From NCBI RefSeq assembly GCF_963921235.1, contig NC_086108.1, positions 8,680,001 to 8,744,000 on the forward strand: a stretch of DNA of 64,000 nt, in the 5' to 3' direction. The DNA is from Mobula hypostoma (taxonomy: Eukaryota). A program made the translations under genes and the position numbers. Below the pieces are notes generated by a model, which searched no databases, was not told where the DNA came from, and saw only the letters and a list, made by a program, of their open reading frames with translations. Positions 48,805-62,240 of this stretch are shown in pieces. Position 1 is the first letter of the stretch, and every line of letters begins with the position of its first letter.

Positions 48805-49752
48805 GCAACACACATCAAAGTTGCTGGTGTACGCAGCAGGCCAAGCAGCATCTGTAGGAAGAGGTGCAGTCGACGTTTCAGGCCGAGACCCTTCGTCAGG
48901 ACCAACTGAAGGAAGAGTGAGTAAGGGATTTGAAAGTTGGAGGGAGAGGGGGAGATCCAAAATGATAGGAGAATACAGGAGGGGGAGGGATAGAGCCAAG
49001 AGCTGGACAGGTGATTGGCAAAAGGGGATACAAGAGGATCATGGGACAGGAGGTCTGGGAAGAAAGACAAGTGGGGTGGGGACCCAGAGGATGGGCAAGA
49101 GGTATATTCAGAGGGACAGAGGGAGAAAAAGGAGAGTGAGAGAAAGAATGTGTGCATAAAATAAGTAACAGATGGGGTACGAGGGGGAGGTGGGGCCTTA
49201 GCGGAAGTTAGAGAAGTTGATGTTCATGCCATCAGGTTGGAGGCTACCCAGACAGAATATAAGGTGTTGTTCCTCCAACCTGAGTGTGGCTTCATCTTTA
49301 CAGTAGAGGAGGCCGTGGATAGACATGTCAGAATGGGAATAGGATGTGGAATTAAAATGTGTGGCCACTGGGAGATCCTGCTTTCTCCGGCGGACAGAGC
49401 GTAGATGTTCAGCAAAGCGGTCTCCCAGTCTGCGTCGGATCTCGCCAATATATAAAAGGCCACATCGGGAGCACCGGACGCAGTATATCACCCCAGTCGA
49501 CTCACAGGTGAAGTGTTGCCTCACCTGGAAGGACTGTTTGGGGCCCTGAATGGTGGTAAGGGAGGAAGTGTAAGGGCATGTGTAGCACTTGTTCCGCTTA
49601 CACGGATAAGTGCCAGGAGGGAGATCAGTGGGGAGGGATGGGGGGGACGAATGGACAAGGGAGTTGTGTAGGGAGCGATCCCTGTGGAATGCAGAGAGAG
49701 GGGGGGAGGGAAAGGTGTGCTTAGTGGTGGGATCCTGTTGGAGGTGGCGGAA
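48805..49752 (-). mobile_element. 5'-truncated Penelope-like element (GIY-YIG domain + pLTR)
   Basis: GVIYCVRCSRCGLLYIGE; TSD GTTATCCAC (48796-48804, 49753-49761). Confidence 0.92.
48868..48903 (-). ncRNA. Minimal type I hammerhead ribozyme (core intact)
   Basis: GGTC-CTGACGA-AGG GTCTCGG CCT-GAAA-CG-TC-GACT. Confidence 0.8.
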
Positions 49753-51649
49753 GTTATCCACCACCACTCTCTGGCATCTCCCATCTAGCCACTGCTGAAT
49801 CCATTTTACTACTTCAATATTAATACCTGACAATTGAACCTTCCTAACCAACCTTCCGTGTGGGACCTTGTCAAAGGCCTTACTGAAGTCCATATAGACA
49901 ACATCCACCGCTTTACCCTCGTCAACTTTCCTGGTAACCTCATCAAAAATTCAATAAGATTTGTCAAGCATGACCTTCCACGCACAAATCCATGTTAACT
50001 GTTCCTAATCAGACCCTGTCTATCCAGATAATTATATATACCATCTCTAAGAATACTTTCCATCAATTTACCCACCACTGGCGTCAAACTCACAGGCCGA
50101 TAATTGCTAGGTTTACTCTTAGAACCCTTTTTAAACAATGGAACAACATGAGCAATACGCCAATCTTCCGGAACCATCCCCGTTTCTAATGACATTTGAA
50201 ATATTTCTGTCAGAGCCCCTGCTTTTTCCACACTAACTTCCCTCAAGGTCCTAGGGAATATCCTGTCAGGATCTGGAGACTTATCCACTTTTATATTCCT
50301 TAAAAGCTCCAGTACTTCCTCTTCTTTAATCATCATAGTTTCCATAACTTCCCTACCTGTTTCCCTTATCTTACACAATTCAAAATCCTTCTCCTTAGTG
50401 AATACCAAAGAAAAGAAATTGTTCAGAATCTCCCCCATCTCTTTTGGCTCCACACATAGCTGTCCACTCTGATTCTCTAAGGGACCAATTTTATCCCTCA
50501 CTATCCTTTCGCTATTAATATAACGATAGAAACCCTTTGAATTTATTTTCACCTTACTTGCCAGGTGACCTCATATCTTCTTTTAGCTTTTCTAATTTCT
50601 TTCTTAAGATTCTTTTTACATTCTTTATATTCCTCGAGCACCTCATTTACTCCATGCTGCCTATATTTATTGTAGATATCTCTCTTTTTTCGAACCGAGT
50701 TTCCAATATCCCTTGAAAACCATGGCTCTCTCAAACTTTTAACCTTTCCTTTCAACCTAACAGGAACATAAAGATCCTGCACCCTCAAAATTTCACCTTT
50801 AAATGACCTCCATTTCTCAATTACATTCTTCCCATAAAACAAATTGTCCCAACCCACTCCTTCTAAATCCTTTTGCATCTCCTCAAAGTTAGCCTTTCTC
50901 CAATCAAAAATTTCAACCCTGGGTCCAGACCTATCCTTCTCCAGAATTATACTGAAACTAATGGCATTGTGATCACTGGACCCGAAGTACTCCCCAACAC
51001 AAACCTCCGTCACCTGACCTATCTCATTCCCTAACAGGAGATCCAACACTGCCCCTTCTCTAGTTGGTACCTCTATGTATTGCTTCAAAAAACTATCTTG
51101 CACACATTTTACAAACTCCAAACCATCCAGCCCTTTTACAGTTTGGGCTTCCCAGTCTATGTGTGGAAAATTAAAATCTCCCACAATCACAACCTTGTGC
51201 TTACTACAAATATCTGCTATCTACTTACAAATTTGCTCCTCCACCTCTCGCTCCCCATTAGGTGGTCTATAGTACACCCCCATAAATGTTACTACACCTT
51301 TTCCATTCCTCAATTCCACCCAAATAGCCTCCCTAGATGAGTCCACTAATCTATCCTGCCAGAGCACCGCTGTTATATTTTCTCTGACAAGCAATGCAAC
51401 GCCTCCCCCTCTTGCCCCTCCTATTCTATCACACCTGAAACAACGAAATCCTGGACTATTTAGTTGCCAATCACACCCCTCCTGCAACCACGTTTCACTA
51501 ATAGCTACAACATCATACTTCCAGGTATCAATCCATGCTCTAATCTCATCCACCTTTCTTATAATGCTCCTAGCACTAAAATAAGTATAGTGGGAGAAGT
51601 TCAGGAACAGGGGGTACAGCTTCAGAATAGGAGACATTAGTCAGACTGC

Positions 51650-52870
51650 GCTTGAAGTTTTGTGGGCAGTTTTGGACCCCTTATCTAAGAAACGATGTGC
51701 TGGCATTGGAGAAGGTCCGGAGGAGATTTATGAGAATGATTCCTGGAATGGAAGGGTGAATGTATGAGGAGTGTTTGAAGGCTCTGGGCCTGTACTCACT
51801 GGAATTTAGAAGAATGAGGGGAGATCTCATTGAAGCATATCGAATATTGAAAGGACTAGATAGGGTGGATGTGAAAAGGATATTTTCAGTTGTGGGGGAG
51901 TCTAAGAGCAGAAGACAGAGCCTCAGAGTAGAAGAACATCCTTTTAGAGCAGAGATGAGGAGGAATTTCTTTAGCCAGAGGGTGGTGAATCTGTGGAATT
52001 CATTGCCACAGACAGCTGTGGAGGCTAAGCTATTGTATGTACTGTATATAAAGTGAAGGTTGATGGGTGTGAGACTAGTCAAGGAATCAAAGGTTACAGG
52101 GAGAAGGCAGGAGAATAGGTTTGAAAGGGATAGTAAATCGGCCATGATGGAATAGTGGAGCAGACTCAATGGGCTGAATGGCCTAATTCTGCTCGTATGT
52201 CTTATGGTGTTAATCTAATAATCTGTAATGCCATTATTCAAAGGTCCAAGTGGATCATAGAATCATGCACAGAAACAGGCCCTTCAGCCCATTATGTCCA
52301 TGCTGAACCATCGATTTGCCTAGTCCCATCAACCTGCACCCAGACCGTATCTCTCTGTGCCTCTCCCATCCATGTAACCATCCAAATTTCAAATGTCCAA
52401 ATGTTGAAATCGAACCTGCAACCATCACTTGTGCTGGCAGCTCATTTCACATTCTCACCACCCTCGGAGTGAAGAAGTTTCCCCTCAGGTTCCCCTTAAA
52501 CTTTTCACCTTTTACCTTTAACCCATGACCTCTGGTTGTAGTCCCATCCAACCTCAGTGGAAAAAGCCTGGTTGCATTTACTGTATCTATACCCCTCATT
52601 ATTTTGTATACCTCTACCATATTTCCTCTCAATCTTCTACATTCCAAGGAATAAAGTCCTAACCTATTCAATCTTTCTTTATAACTCAGGTCCTCCAGAC
52701 CTGGCAACATCCTTGTAAATTTTCTCTGTATTCTTTCAATCTTATTTACATCTTTCCTGTAGGTAGGTGACCAAAACTGCACACAGTACTCCAAATTAGG
52801 CCTCACCAATGTCTTATACAACCTCAATATAACAGCCCATCTCCTGTACTCAGTACATTGATTTAGGAAG
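51650..52870. mobile_element. Two CR1 3' fragments, tail-to-tail (plus about 51650-52210, minus about 52260-52870)
   Basis: [17 protein letters not shown] (plus) and [19 protein letters not shown] (minus). Confidence 0.85.
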
Positions 52871-53806
52871 GCCTACCTCTGTAGAAACTTGCAAGGGTCT
52901 TTGGAGACATACTGAATCTCCTCAAACTCACAACGAAGTACAGCTGTTAGTGTGCCTTCTTCATGGCTTTATCAATGTGTTGGCCCAGGTTAGATCTTCT
53001 GAGATTCTCTCTCCGCAGGCGCTGACTGATCAGCTAAGAGTTTCCTTCATTATCTGCGGATATTTGACTTTCACTCTCATATTCATACCCCCATCAAAAC
53101 AAAATCCACGGTCCTCGATCCTCCACCTGCAACTTCCACAAGACGGTGCCAGTGACCAATGGCAACATCTTGCAGGCAGCTTACAAACTGCAGGACATAC
53201 TCTTTCCGGATGAAATTCTTCTTCTAAACTTCATTCGATGGTGCCTGTAATTTCCCTTTTAAGAATCTACTGGTTGAGTGAATGATCTGGCACTTCTGGG
53301 GGATTTGGCGTGGAGTACAACAATGCATGCCCCAGGGGGTGACTGCGTCGATTTCTAATGGCAGAAGCGTTGAGCAAGATTAAAATCGACGAGGATGGGA
53401 AGGGGGAACAATCAGGCATTCAGTACCGTCTACCTGCGTTGGACTGGTCTCTGTCTTGCTGCCGGTGAAGGTGCAGGAGTCTTGGGTCCCACGTTCTATT
53501 GCCTCATCAGCGAGAGGACGTGGACTCACTTTTGGCTGTGGCTTGAGGTGTCCTGTCCTCAGTAGAGAATGGGTTTTACTACTTGGATGATCTGATCGTG
53601 GCGCTTCGGTGTAGAACTGGATCTGCAGCTGTGGCCCGCAGTCGTCGACACAGCACTGGCTGGGTAGCTGTGGCCGCGATCATCGGCTCCTGGACCGGCT
53701 TCATTAGCCTTGGCGGCTCGTGTGGCTGTGGACTCACTCTTGGGGTCTCTACAGTTTGAGGTTTAATGTTTTCTGTGCTTTTTGGTGGCTTTTTACTGTT
53801 TGCGTG

Positions 53807-54403
53807 TGTAAGGGGTTTCTTCTTTTATGTTACAGCGTATGTTAATCAAAATGGCTTCTTTGTTATGTTAAATGCTGAGGAAGTCTCTAGCTAGCACTTT
53901 GCTTGGGTTATAACAGATAGCAGAGTGAATGAACCAATGGGTGTCCATGTTATTCTTTCTTCGGATGATATGCTGTCTCATACGGCTGAGAAACGGGGGT
54001 TTTGGTGGGGAGTTGGAGGAGAGACCGGGAGGACGATGGACGTACGGGGAGTGCTCTGGTCAATCACATCAGGTCGTCCCGGGCTGCGAGTCGAAGGGGT
54101 CAGCGTGGATCGCAGAGGGAAGAAAGGAGGTCCCGAGCTCCAACGTGTGCACGAAAAATTGAACTTCGATAAGTCTGGCACCTTTTCCATTCCTTTTTTG
54201 TATTGTACCTCTACTAATCTCATAGACTTAGTAATATCTATAAAGTGTAATTGGTAAAACGTACATTGTGTGCTGGCTGATGATTGATGTTTGGAGCTGA
54301 ATCAGGTGGCATTTGTACGGCAACCGACGTAACCGGGAGACAAGGCGGGCAGCGGACAGGGTTTCCCCGAGATAAATACGAGCCAATAGAGCTGAGCGTT
54401 ACG
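53807..54403 (+). mobile_element. Solo LTR (597 bp)
   Basis: TGTAA...TTACG termini (CA changed to CG); 4-bp TSD CGTG (53803-53806, 54404-54407). Confidence 0.7.
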
Positions 54404-54594
54404 CGTGATTTGTTCTTTTTTGCACGTCTGATGGTCTCACTGTGTCAGGGTATTCCTTCAAATGGGGTCCACGGTGTTTCTTTGTTCTGTGGCTGCTGCA
54501 AGAGGACGATTCTCAGGGTTGTATATTATATATACTTTGATAATAGATGTACTTTAAACTTTGAACTTAATGGCTCGGTTTGGAATCCTCAATT

Positions 54595-56800
54595 AGAATC
54601 AGAATTCAGGTTTAATATCACCGGCATATATCATGAAATTTGTTAATTTTGCAGCACCGGTATAATGCAATAGATGATAACAGAGAAAAAAATAAATAAA
54701 TGAATTAGAGTAAGTGTGTATATATAAATAATATATTAAATATTTAAATCAAGAGTAGTAGTGCAAAAATAGAAATAATAAAAAAGTATGAGGTAGTGTT
54801 CATGGGTTTGATGTTTATTCAGAAATCAGATGGCAGAGGGGAAGAAGCTGTTCCTGAATCGTTCAGTGTGTGTCTTCAGGCTCCTGTACCTCCTTCCTGA
54901 TGGTAGCAATGAGAAGAGGGCACGTCCTGGGTGATGGGGGTCCTTAATGATGGACACCACCTTTCTGAGGCAATGCTCCTTGAAGATGTCCTGGACGCTA
55001 GTGCCCATGATGGAGCTGACTGAGTTTATAACTCTTCAGCTTACCTCAATCCTGTGCAGTAGCTCCACCCCACCCCTTACGATGCAGCCTGTCAGAATGC
55101 TCTCCACAGTACATCTGTGTAAGATCTTCAGTGCTTTAGGTGACAAACTCCTGATGAAATATCACCACTGTCTTTGGGAGCCAGGTGGTTGTGCGTTAAA
55201 GCATGATAATGAACGAACTTCACAAGGCTGTCTGCCCTCGTAGAACTGCCGCGTATAGAGACGTGGAGCAACGCCCCTCGTGATGCCCCTCTGGGATGAA
55301 TCTCAAGGTTGTATACCGTACATACAATGTACTTAGAACTTTGAACTATAGAGGGTGGACTTGGATAGAACACCAGCAATACCAGCTGGTTGCGTGGTGT
55401 TGCAGCAACAAACTTGAACTCAACATCAGTCAGATCAAAGGACTGATGGTGAACTTCAGAAAGGGTAAGATGAGGGAACACACACCAGTCCTCGTCGAGG
55501 GATCAGAAGTGGAAAGAGTGAGCAATTTCAAGTTCCTGGGTGTCAATATCTCTGAGGATCTAACTTGGACCCAACATATTGAGGCAGCTACAAAGAAGGC
55601 AAGACAGTGGCTATATTTCATCAGAAGATTTGGTATATTCCATATTTCTACAGGTGTACCATGGAGAGCATTCTAACTGGCTGCAGCACCATCTGCATGG
55701 GAGGGGGGACAATGCACAGGATCGAAATATGCTACAGAGAGTTGTCAACTCAGTCAGCTCCATCATGGGCAGTAGTCCCCCCAGCATCCCAGCATCCATC
55801 ATTAAGGACATGCCTTGGTCTTCATTAGCTACCAAGAGGAAGGAGATACAGGAGCCTAAAGGCACACGCTCAATGATTCAGGAACAGCTTCTTCGCCCCT
55901 GCCATCAGATTTCTGAATGGACAATGAATCCATGAATACTTTTTTTCCCTCTTCTTTTGCAATACTTATTTAATTTAATATGCTGGTATGGTGGTAGAGG
56001 CAAATACATAGGAGGCTTTGAAGAGACATTTGATAGGGACATAGATGTGAGGAAGATGGAGGGATATGGACATGGTGTAGGTAGGAGGGATTAGTGTTTA
56101 GGGGTTTTTGTCATGCTGGTGGTTGTAGTTCTGAGCCAGGTACACACATAGATACAAATATACACATATTTCTTATTGTAATTTTGATTCTGCATTACAT
56201 TGTACTGCTGCCACAAAACAACAAACTTCGCAACATATGCAGGTGATATTAAACCTGATTCTGATTCTAACCTTAAGCAACCTCCTGTACAAAGTCCTCA
56301 AATGTCTTCTGACAAACCCTAACACTGACAATTTACTCTCATCAAATCCACTAGTCACCTCCTCAAACTCAATAGATTAGGCAAAAGGTGTTGACTCACC
56401 TCAATCCAGGACATCTTCAAGGAGCGATGCCTCAGAAAGGGAGCATCCATCATTAAGGACCCCCACCACCCAGGACAAGCCCTCTTCTCATTGCTACCAC
56501 CAGGGAGGAGGTACAGGAGCCTGAAGACACACATTCAGCGATTCAGGAACAGCTTCTTCCCCTCTGCCATCCGATTTCTGAATGGACATTGAACCCATGA
56601 ACACTACCTCAATACTTTTTTATTATTTCTATTTTTGCACTACTATTCTTGATTGAACTATTTTATATACATATAAATATATTATTTACTCTTACTCTAT
56701 TTACACTCACTCTAATTCATTTATTTATTTTTTTCTCTATTATCATCTATTGCATTATACCGGTGCCGCAAAATTAACAAATTTCATGATATATGCCGGT
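54595..56800. mobile_element. Cluster of Rex1/Babar-type LINE 3' fragments (minus about 54595-55170; plus about 55380-55980 and 56400-56800)
   Basis: IIKDPHHPG...LLPSGRRYRSLKTHT...FRNSFFPSAI and FKFLGVNISEDLTW. Confidence 0.8.
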
Positions 56801-56997
56801 GATATCTATGTTGAGCATAGATAGGGTTAATGTGCACAGCTTTTGTCCAGGGTTCGGGAATCAAGAACCAGAGGATACAGAGGGGAAAGATTTAATGGGA
56901 ACGCGAGGGGCAACTTTTCCACCCAGAGGGTGGTCAGTGTATGGAACGAGCTGCCAGAGGAAGTAGTTGAGGCAGGTACATTAAGAACATTTAAAAG

Positions 56998-57408
56998 TTA
57001 CTTACTTACTTACCACCCGCTACATCACTGGTGTTCAGGGCAGCAATGAAGGTTCTCCATTTCTGGTGGTGCTCAGGGCTTCCTTCATCGTGTCAGTCGC
57101 TTTTCGGTTTTCACTACTGTCAGTCATGCAAGTCCCAGGTGGAGACTCAGGAATACCATCGCACTCAGATAGAGAAGGATTCTTCATTGCTGTTTTTTGA
57201 CCAGTCAGGGTTGTTAGCCCTGAGCTGAACCCCTGAACCTGGAGGACCGGTGACCACTCCTAGTCTGGCCTCTACCCTTTGACCTGTTTGGCATGGGTGA
57301 CCCTATCAACAGCCGAAGCATAAAGCCCTGACTCCAGCCAACATATCTCTCCGGGTCATCGAGGCACGCAAACCTCCAAACCCTACAACAAGTTTGTGGT
57401 CCTCTTGG
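56998..57408 (-). mobile_element. RTE-related non-autonomous retroposon with (TAAG)n tail
   Basis: Interrupts a CR1 3' end; plus-strand (TTAC)n tail; RTE-like 5' UTR (GGGCTAACAACCC). Confidence 0.6.
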
Positions 57409-59431
57409 ACAGGTACATGGATAGAGGTTTAGAGGGCTATCTATTGAATATTGAAAGGCCAAGAGAAGGTGAAAGTTTCCTATAGTGGAGGAGTCTAGGA
57501 CCAGAGGACACAGCCTCAGAATAGAGGGACATCCATCTAGAATGGAGATGAGGAGGAATTTCTTTAGCCAGAGGGTAGAGAAGCTGTAGAGGCTAAGTCA
57601 TTGGGTAATTCAAAGTGGAGGTTGATAGGTTCTTGATTATGGGGTTGGGGCAGGAGAATCGGGTTGATAGAGATAATAAATCAGCTGTGACAGAATTGCA
57701 GAGCAGATTTGATGGGCCAAGCGGCCTAATTCTGCTTCAATATCTTATGGATATGGTCCAATGGTGGGAATATGGGGCCAGTTCGGGGGGTGGTGGTGGG
57801 GATTGCTCAACATGGAACAGTTGGGCTGAAGGGCCTCTATGCCTCAAACTCTGATAATACAGCACCCTTGAGACTTGAGCGATACCAGACTGGCAAGTTC
57901 TCTGGACTTAAAACACCAACAGACTATCAATTCAGTTTAAATATGTTACACAGTGGTACGTTAAACTTGCCAGTGAGCCAGAGGAGTATAAAGGGAGATC
58001 AGAACCAATGAGCCATTGGAATTTTTGAAAGATAGGACAGCTGCTTACTGAACATATTTCAATAGAACATATATAGAACTGTTACAAGGATCTACCCCTT
58101 AGCGATAATGATCAAGGAGGCACAGAGTGAATCTAGAATTACCGACAAGTACCTTTATTGTCTCAACAGAAGAACTCGTGAATTTACACAACCAAGTTTC
58201 CGTGTGCACACCTGCTAAGTTTTCCTGAGCCTCCACGAACAGTCAAAGAATAGAAAATGTAATTCCAGTAAAAAAAAGAGTCTCTGCGGAGCATGTATTT
58301 CTCGTAGTCCTCTTCTGAATTTCCACCTGTCCATGGGGCACTCCACATCCGTGATGGTGTGTCTCTGGAAAGTCAGCATACCCAAAGCATCTGCTTTTAT
58401 ATTCACTCCGTACTAGTTCAAATGTTGCAGTTCAGTGTTTTTATTGGCTACAGGTCATCTGACTGATCTTTAACACCTTTCTTGTTGGTTCTGGTCCAGG
58501 CCAGCATCCATTTATTTACCTTTCATACACAAGTGACAGCTGGTAACTTATGGCCCTTTTTTCTCTTTGACTCTAACTGGTTCAAAGCAGTCAAACCAGG
58601 TCTAATCACCCAGGCAGACACAAACCTACATGTTATATTATATGAAAGAACACCTCACAAATAATTTTTTTATTTGGAAATTATCTCTAGTCCAGCAGAT
58701 TGCCTGAAGCATCATTGTATCTACTTTAAAACACTGATCAAACCAAGCGGCTTTGTTCATAAAATGGAGGACACAGAGCAGTTTCACAAAATGGCAGCCT
58801 CCATCTCCTTCAAGCACATGGCAAGAACAAAGACAATTGGTTTGTCTACTTCCACTGTCCTTGATTCATTCAAATTCACTGATTTTTAGACTGTAGTTCT
58901 TTCTGGCCAACAGAACACAGAACAGTAGTTAAAATCAAAGCAAACTTGTTCTCAAAGTAGATTAAATTTAGTATGATCAAATAATGTGGTGGCAGCGAAT
59001 GACGCTACCAAGGGCAACATCCTGAAGGCAGGTGATAGAGCAACTCCTTTCACTTCTGCTACATCTTTTTATTTCGGATGTAGTTCTGCAGCCGTCAGAG
59101 CCTGTTGTCTAGAGTTTGACAGAGTATTTTCAGGCTGATTGAGCAATCTGGTGCTTTGCCGTCTCCGAGAGGGTTCCACAAGGCTTCGAGTGAACCATTG
59201 GCGATCTGACACTTGGCTGTTACCAGACGGTTCCGCGAGGCTTCAAGTGAAGCGTGCGCCATGGAGGCCGGGAAGCGTGAGCCCACGATCGACTTCATCT
59301 CTCCCCAGTCTCGCTGATTAAAGCGCCGGGGAAGATTGAAATCATTGAGGTGGATGCGGAGGACGAGTGAGTGTTCAGCACCGTCTACCAGCCTCTCGTT
59401 TGCTGCTGCCGGATGAGGGTGTCAGCGTGTG

Positions 59432-59433
<2 letters not shown>

Positions 59434-59489
<56 letters not shown>

Positions 59490-59625
59490 CCTCCCTCCCT
59501 CCCTCCCTCCCTCCCTCTCTCTCTCTCCCCCTCTCTCTCTCTCTCTCCCCTCTCTCTCTCCCTCTCTCTCTCTCCCTCCCTCCCTCTCTCTCCCCCCCTC
59601 TCTCTCTCTCCCTCTCTCTCTCTCT

Positions 59626-59656
<31 letters not shown>

Positions 59657-60350
59657 CCTCTCTCTCTCTCTCTCTCCCCCCTCTCTCGCTCTCTCTCTCT
59701 CTCCCTCTCTCTCTCTCCCCCCTCTCTCTCCCTCTCTCTCTCTCTCTCTCCCTCTCTCTCCCTCCCTCCCTCTCTCTCTTCTCCCCCCTCTCTCTCTCTC
59801 TCTCCCCCTCCCTCTCTCTCTCTCCCCCTCCCTCTCTCTCTCTCCCTCTCTCTCTCTCCCCTCTCTCTCTCTCTCTCTCCCCCCTCTCTCCCTCTCTCTC
59901 TCCCTCCCTCCCTCTCTCTCTCTCTCCCCCTCCCCCTCTCTCTCTCCCTCTCTCTCTCTCCCTCCCTCCCTCTCTCTCTCTCCCCCCTCTCTCTCTCTCT
60001 CTCTCCCCCTCCCCCCCTCTCTCTCTCCCTCTCTCTCTCTCCCTCCCTCTCTCTCCCCCCCTCTCTCTCTCTCCCCCTCTCTCTCCCTCCCCCCCTCTCT
60101 CCCCCCCTCTCTCTCTCCCTCTCTCTCTCTCTCCCCCCTCTCTCTCTCCTCCCCTCTCTCGCTCTCTCTCTCTCTCCCTCTCTCTCTCTCCCCCCCTCTC
60201 TCTCTCTCTCCCCCCCTCTCTCTCTCTCTCCCTCTCTCTCTCTCTCTCCCCCTCTCTCTCTCTCTCTCCCTCTCTCTCTCTCTCTCCCCTTCTCTCTCTC
60301 TCTCCCTCCCTCTCTCTCTCTCTCCCTCCCTCCCTCCCTCCCTCCCTCTC
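59434..60350. repeat. (CT)n/(CCCT)n homopyrimidine tract of about 920 bp
   Basis: Directly visible. Confidence 0.97.
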
Positions 60351-60997
60351 GTTCACTGCTTCCGAGGGAAGGTCCTTGTGTTCGAGTGATCTCTCCCTCC
60401 CTCAATGCCATCAGAGGATGGTGCGGAGCAAGGATTCGTTGACATGGTTTGTAGATTGGACTCGAATTTGCATTACGATGTGTTTCTGGTTTCTGGGTTG
60501 CTCCTTTTTGGTGTTGCTATTTTTGGGCAATTTTTGAATCAAGGCAGCCTGCAGATAAGGAACACTGAGCTGAACTGAGATTTGCCTTTTGATTTTGTGT
60601 TTCATATCCTGTGTTTTCACTCGTTCTTTTTGTGCCATTTGCGCAATTTGGTTTTTTTGTGTGGAGGCAGGGGATTTGATGGTTTTCTTTGAACAGGATT
60701 TATAGTTTTCTTTATTTCATAGCTGTCCGTGGGGAAGGCGAATCTCAGGGTTGTATACTGCATATATACTTTGATAATAAATGTACTTTGAATGTTACCA
60801 TGTAGTACCCTGAGATTTATTTTCTTGCAGGCATCTACTGGAAAATAAAGAAATGCAATAGAATTTATGAAAAAAAACAAACGCAAACAAAAACTGCCAA
60901 ACAACCAATGTGCAAAGAAGACAAACTGTGCAAGTAAATAAATAATATTAAGAACATGAGTTGTAGCATCCTTGGAAGTGAGTCTGTGGGTTGTGGA

Positions 60998-61172
60998 CAA
61001 CACACACAAAATGCTGGTGAACGCAGCAGGCCAGGCAGCATCTATAGGAAGAGGTACAGTCGACGTTTCAGGCCGAGACTCTTCCTATAGATGTTGCCTG
61101 GCCTGCTGCATTCCACCAGCATTTTGTGTGTGTTGCTTGAATTTCCAGCATCTGCAGATTTCCTCATGTTTG
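60998..61172. mobile_element. Miniature fold-back Penelope-derived element (175 bp)
   Basis: Inverted pLTR-end arms; 14-bp TSD CTGTRGGTTGTGGA (60984-60997, 61173-61186). Confidence 0.85.
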
Positions 61173-61594
61173 CTGTAGGTTGTGGAATCAGTTCAGAGTA
61201 CAGAATTCTGCTCCTATATCACAGACCCTTTGGCCCATGATGCCTCACTGAACTTTGAGGGTGATCTTCACTCACAGACTCCTTGCCTTTTGGATTTTGG
61301 CCTTCACTCCCACACAAGGTCTCAATCCATCTCCAGCTCCATGTCTCTGGGATGCAATGGTTGCCACTGCTGCTCCCTGGCACTGCAGCTCCACCTGGTG
61401 GCACAGAGAGGAGTCTGCAGCTGATGAGTAACTCCCCGCAATAAGATCACAGTCAGAATCCTGATGAAGGGTCTCGGCCCAAAACGTTGACTATTTATTT
61501 CCACGGATGCTGCCCGACCTGCTGAGTTCCTCCAGTATCTTGTGAGTGTTGCTCTGCATTTCCAGCATGTGCAGAATTACTTGTGTTCAACATT

Positions 61595-62240
61595 ACAGTT
61601 TGTGAAGATTCAGCATGGCATCGAAAACTTTCACGAACTTTTATAGATGTGCAGTGGAGAGTGTATTGACTGGCTGCATCATAACTTGGTATGGAAACAC
61701 CAATGCTCTGGAATGGAAAAGCCTACAAAAATTAGTGGATAAGGCCCTCTCCACCACTGAGCACATCTACATGAAATGTTGTCACAGGAAAGCAGCATCC
61801 ATCATTGGGACCCCCACCACCCAGGTCATGCTCTCTCCTCACTACTGCTATCAGAAAGAACGTACAAGTAACTCAGGACTCACACCACCAGGTTCAGGAA
61901 CAGTTATTACCCCTCAACCATCAGGCTCTTGAACCAGAGGGGATAACCTCACTCAACTTCACTTGCCCCATCACTGAAATGTTCCCACAACCAATGGACT
62001 CACTTTCAAGGCCTCTTCATCTCATGTTCTTGGTATTTATTGCTTATTTATTTATTATTATTGTTCCTTCTTTTTGCATTTGCACTGTTTGTTGTCTTCT
62101 GCACTCTAGTTGAACACCCTAGTTGTGTAGATCCTGTTATAGCTAGTATTCTATAGATTTATTGAGTATGTCTACAAGGAAATGAATCTCAGGGTTGTAA
62201 ATGGTGACAGACACGTACGTTGATAACAAAAGTTACTTGA
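61595..62240 (+). mobile_element. Rex1/Babar-type LINE 3' part carrying a single, unamplified copy of the 95-bp unit
   Basis: NFYRCAVESVLTGCIITWYG; 3' UTR matches 1275-1420. Confidence 0.85.

Larger units (their letters stand above)
47740..51582 (-). mobile_element. CR1 LINE ORF2 (endonuclease + RT), disabled and interrupted by Penelope
   Basis: [46 protein letters not shown]; (GGTTATAT)n tail. Confidence 0.93.

Noticed and set aside
53019..53272. Apparent plus-strand exon (CTCTCTCCGCAG acceptor)
   Set aside because: The start resembles a decayed Penelope-end motif and the rest overlaps the head of a LINE-related element; no recognisable protein.
59367..60537. Long SL/ER-rich ORFs (also VC, HT, LSIY and PT-rich ORFs at 4.6-5.3, 17-18, 30-36.8 and 40.2-40.7 kb)
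   Set aside because: Translations of micro- and minisatellites that lack stop codons.
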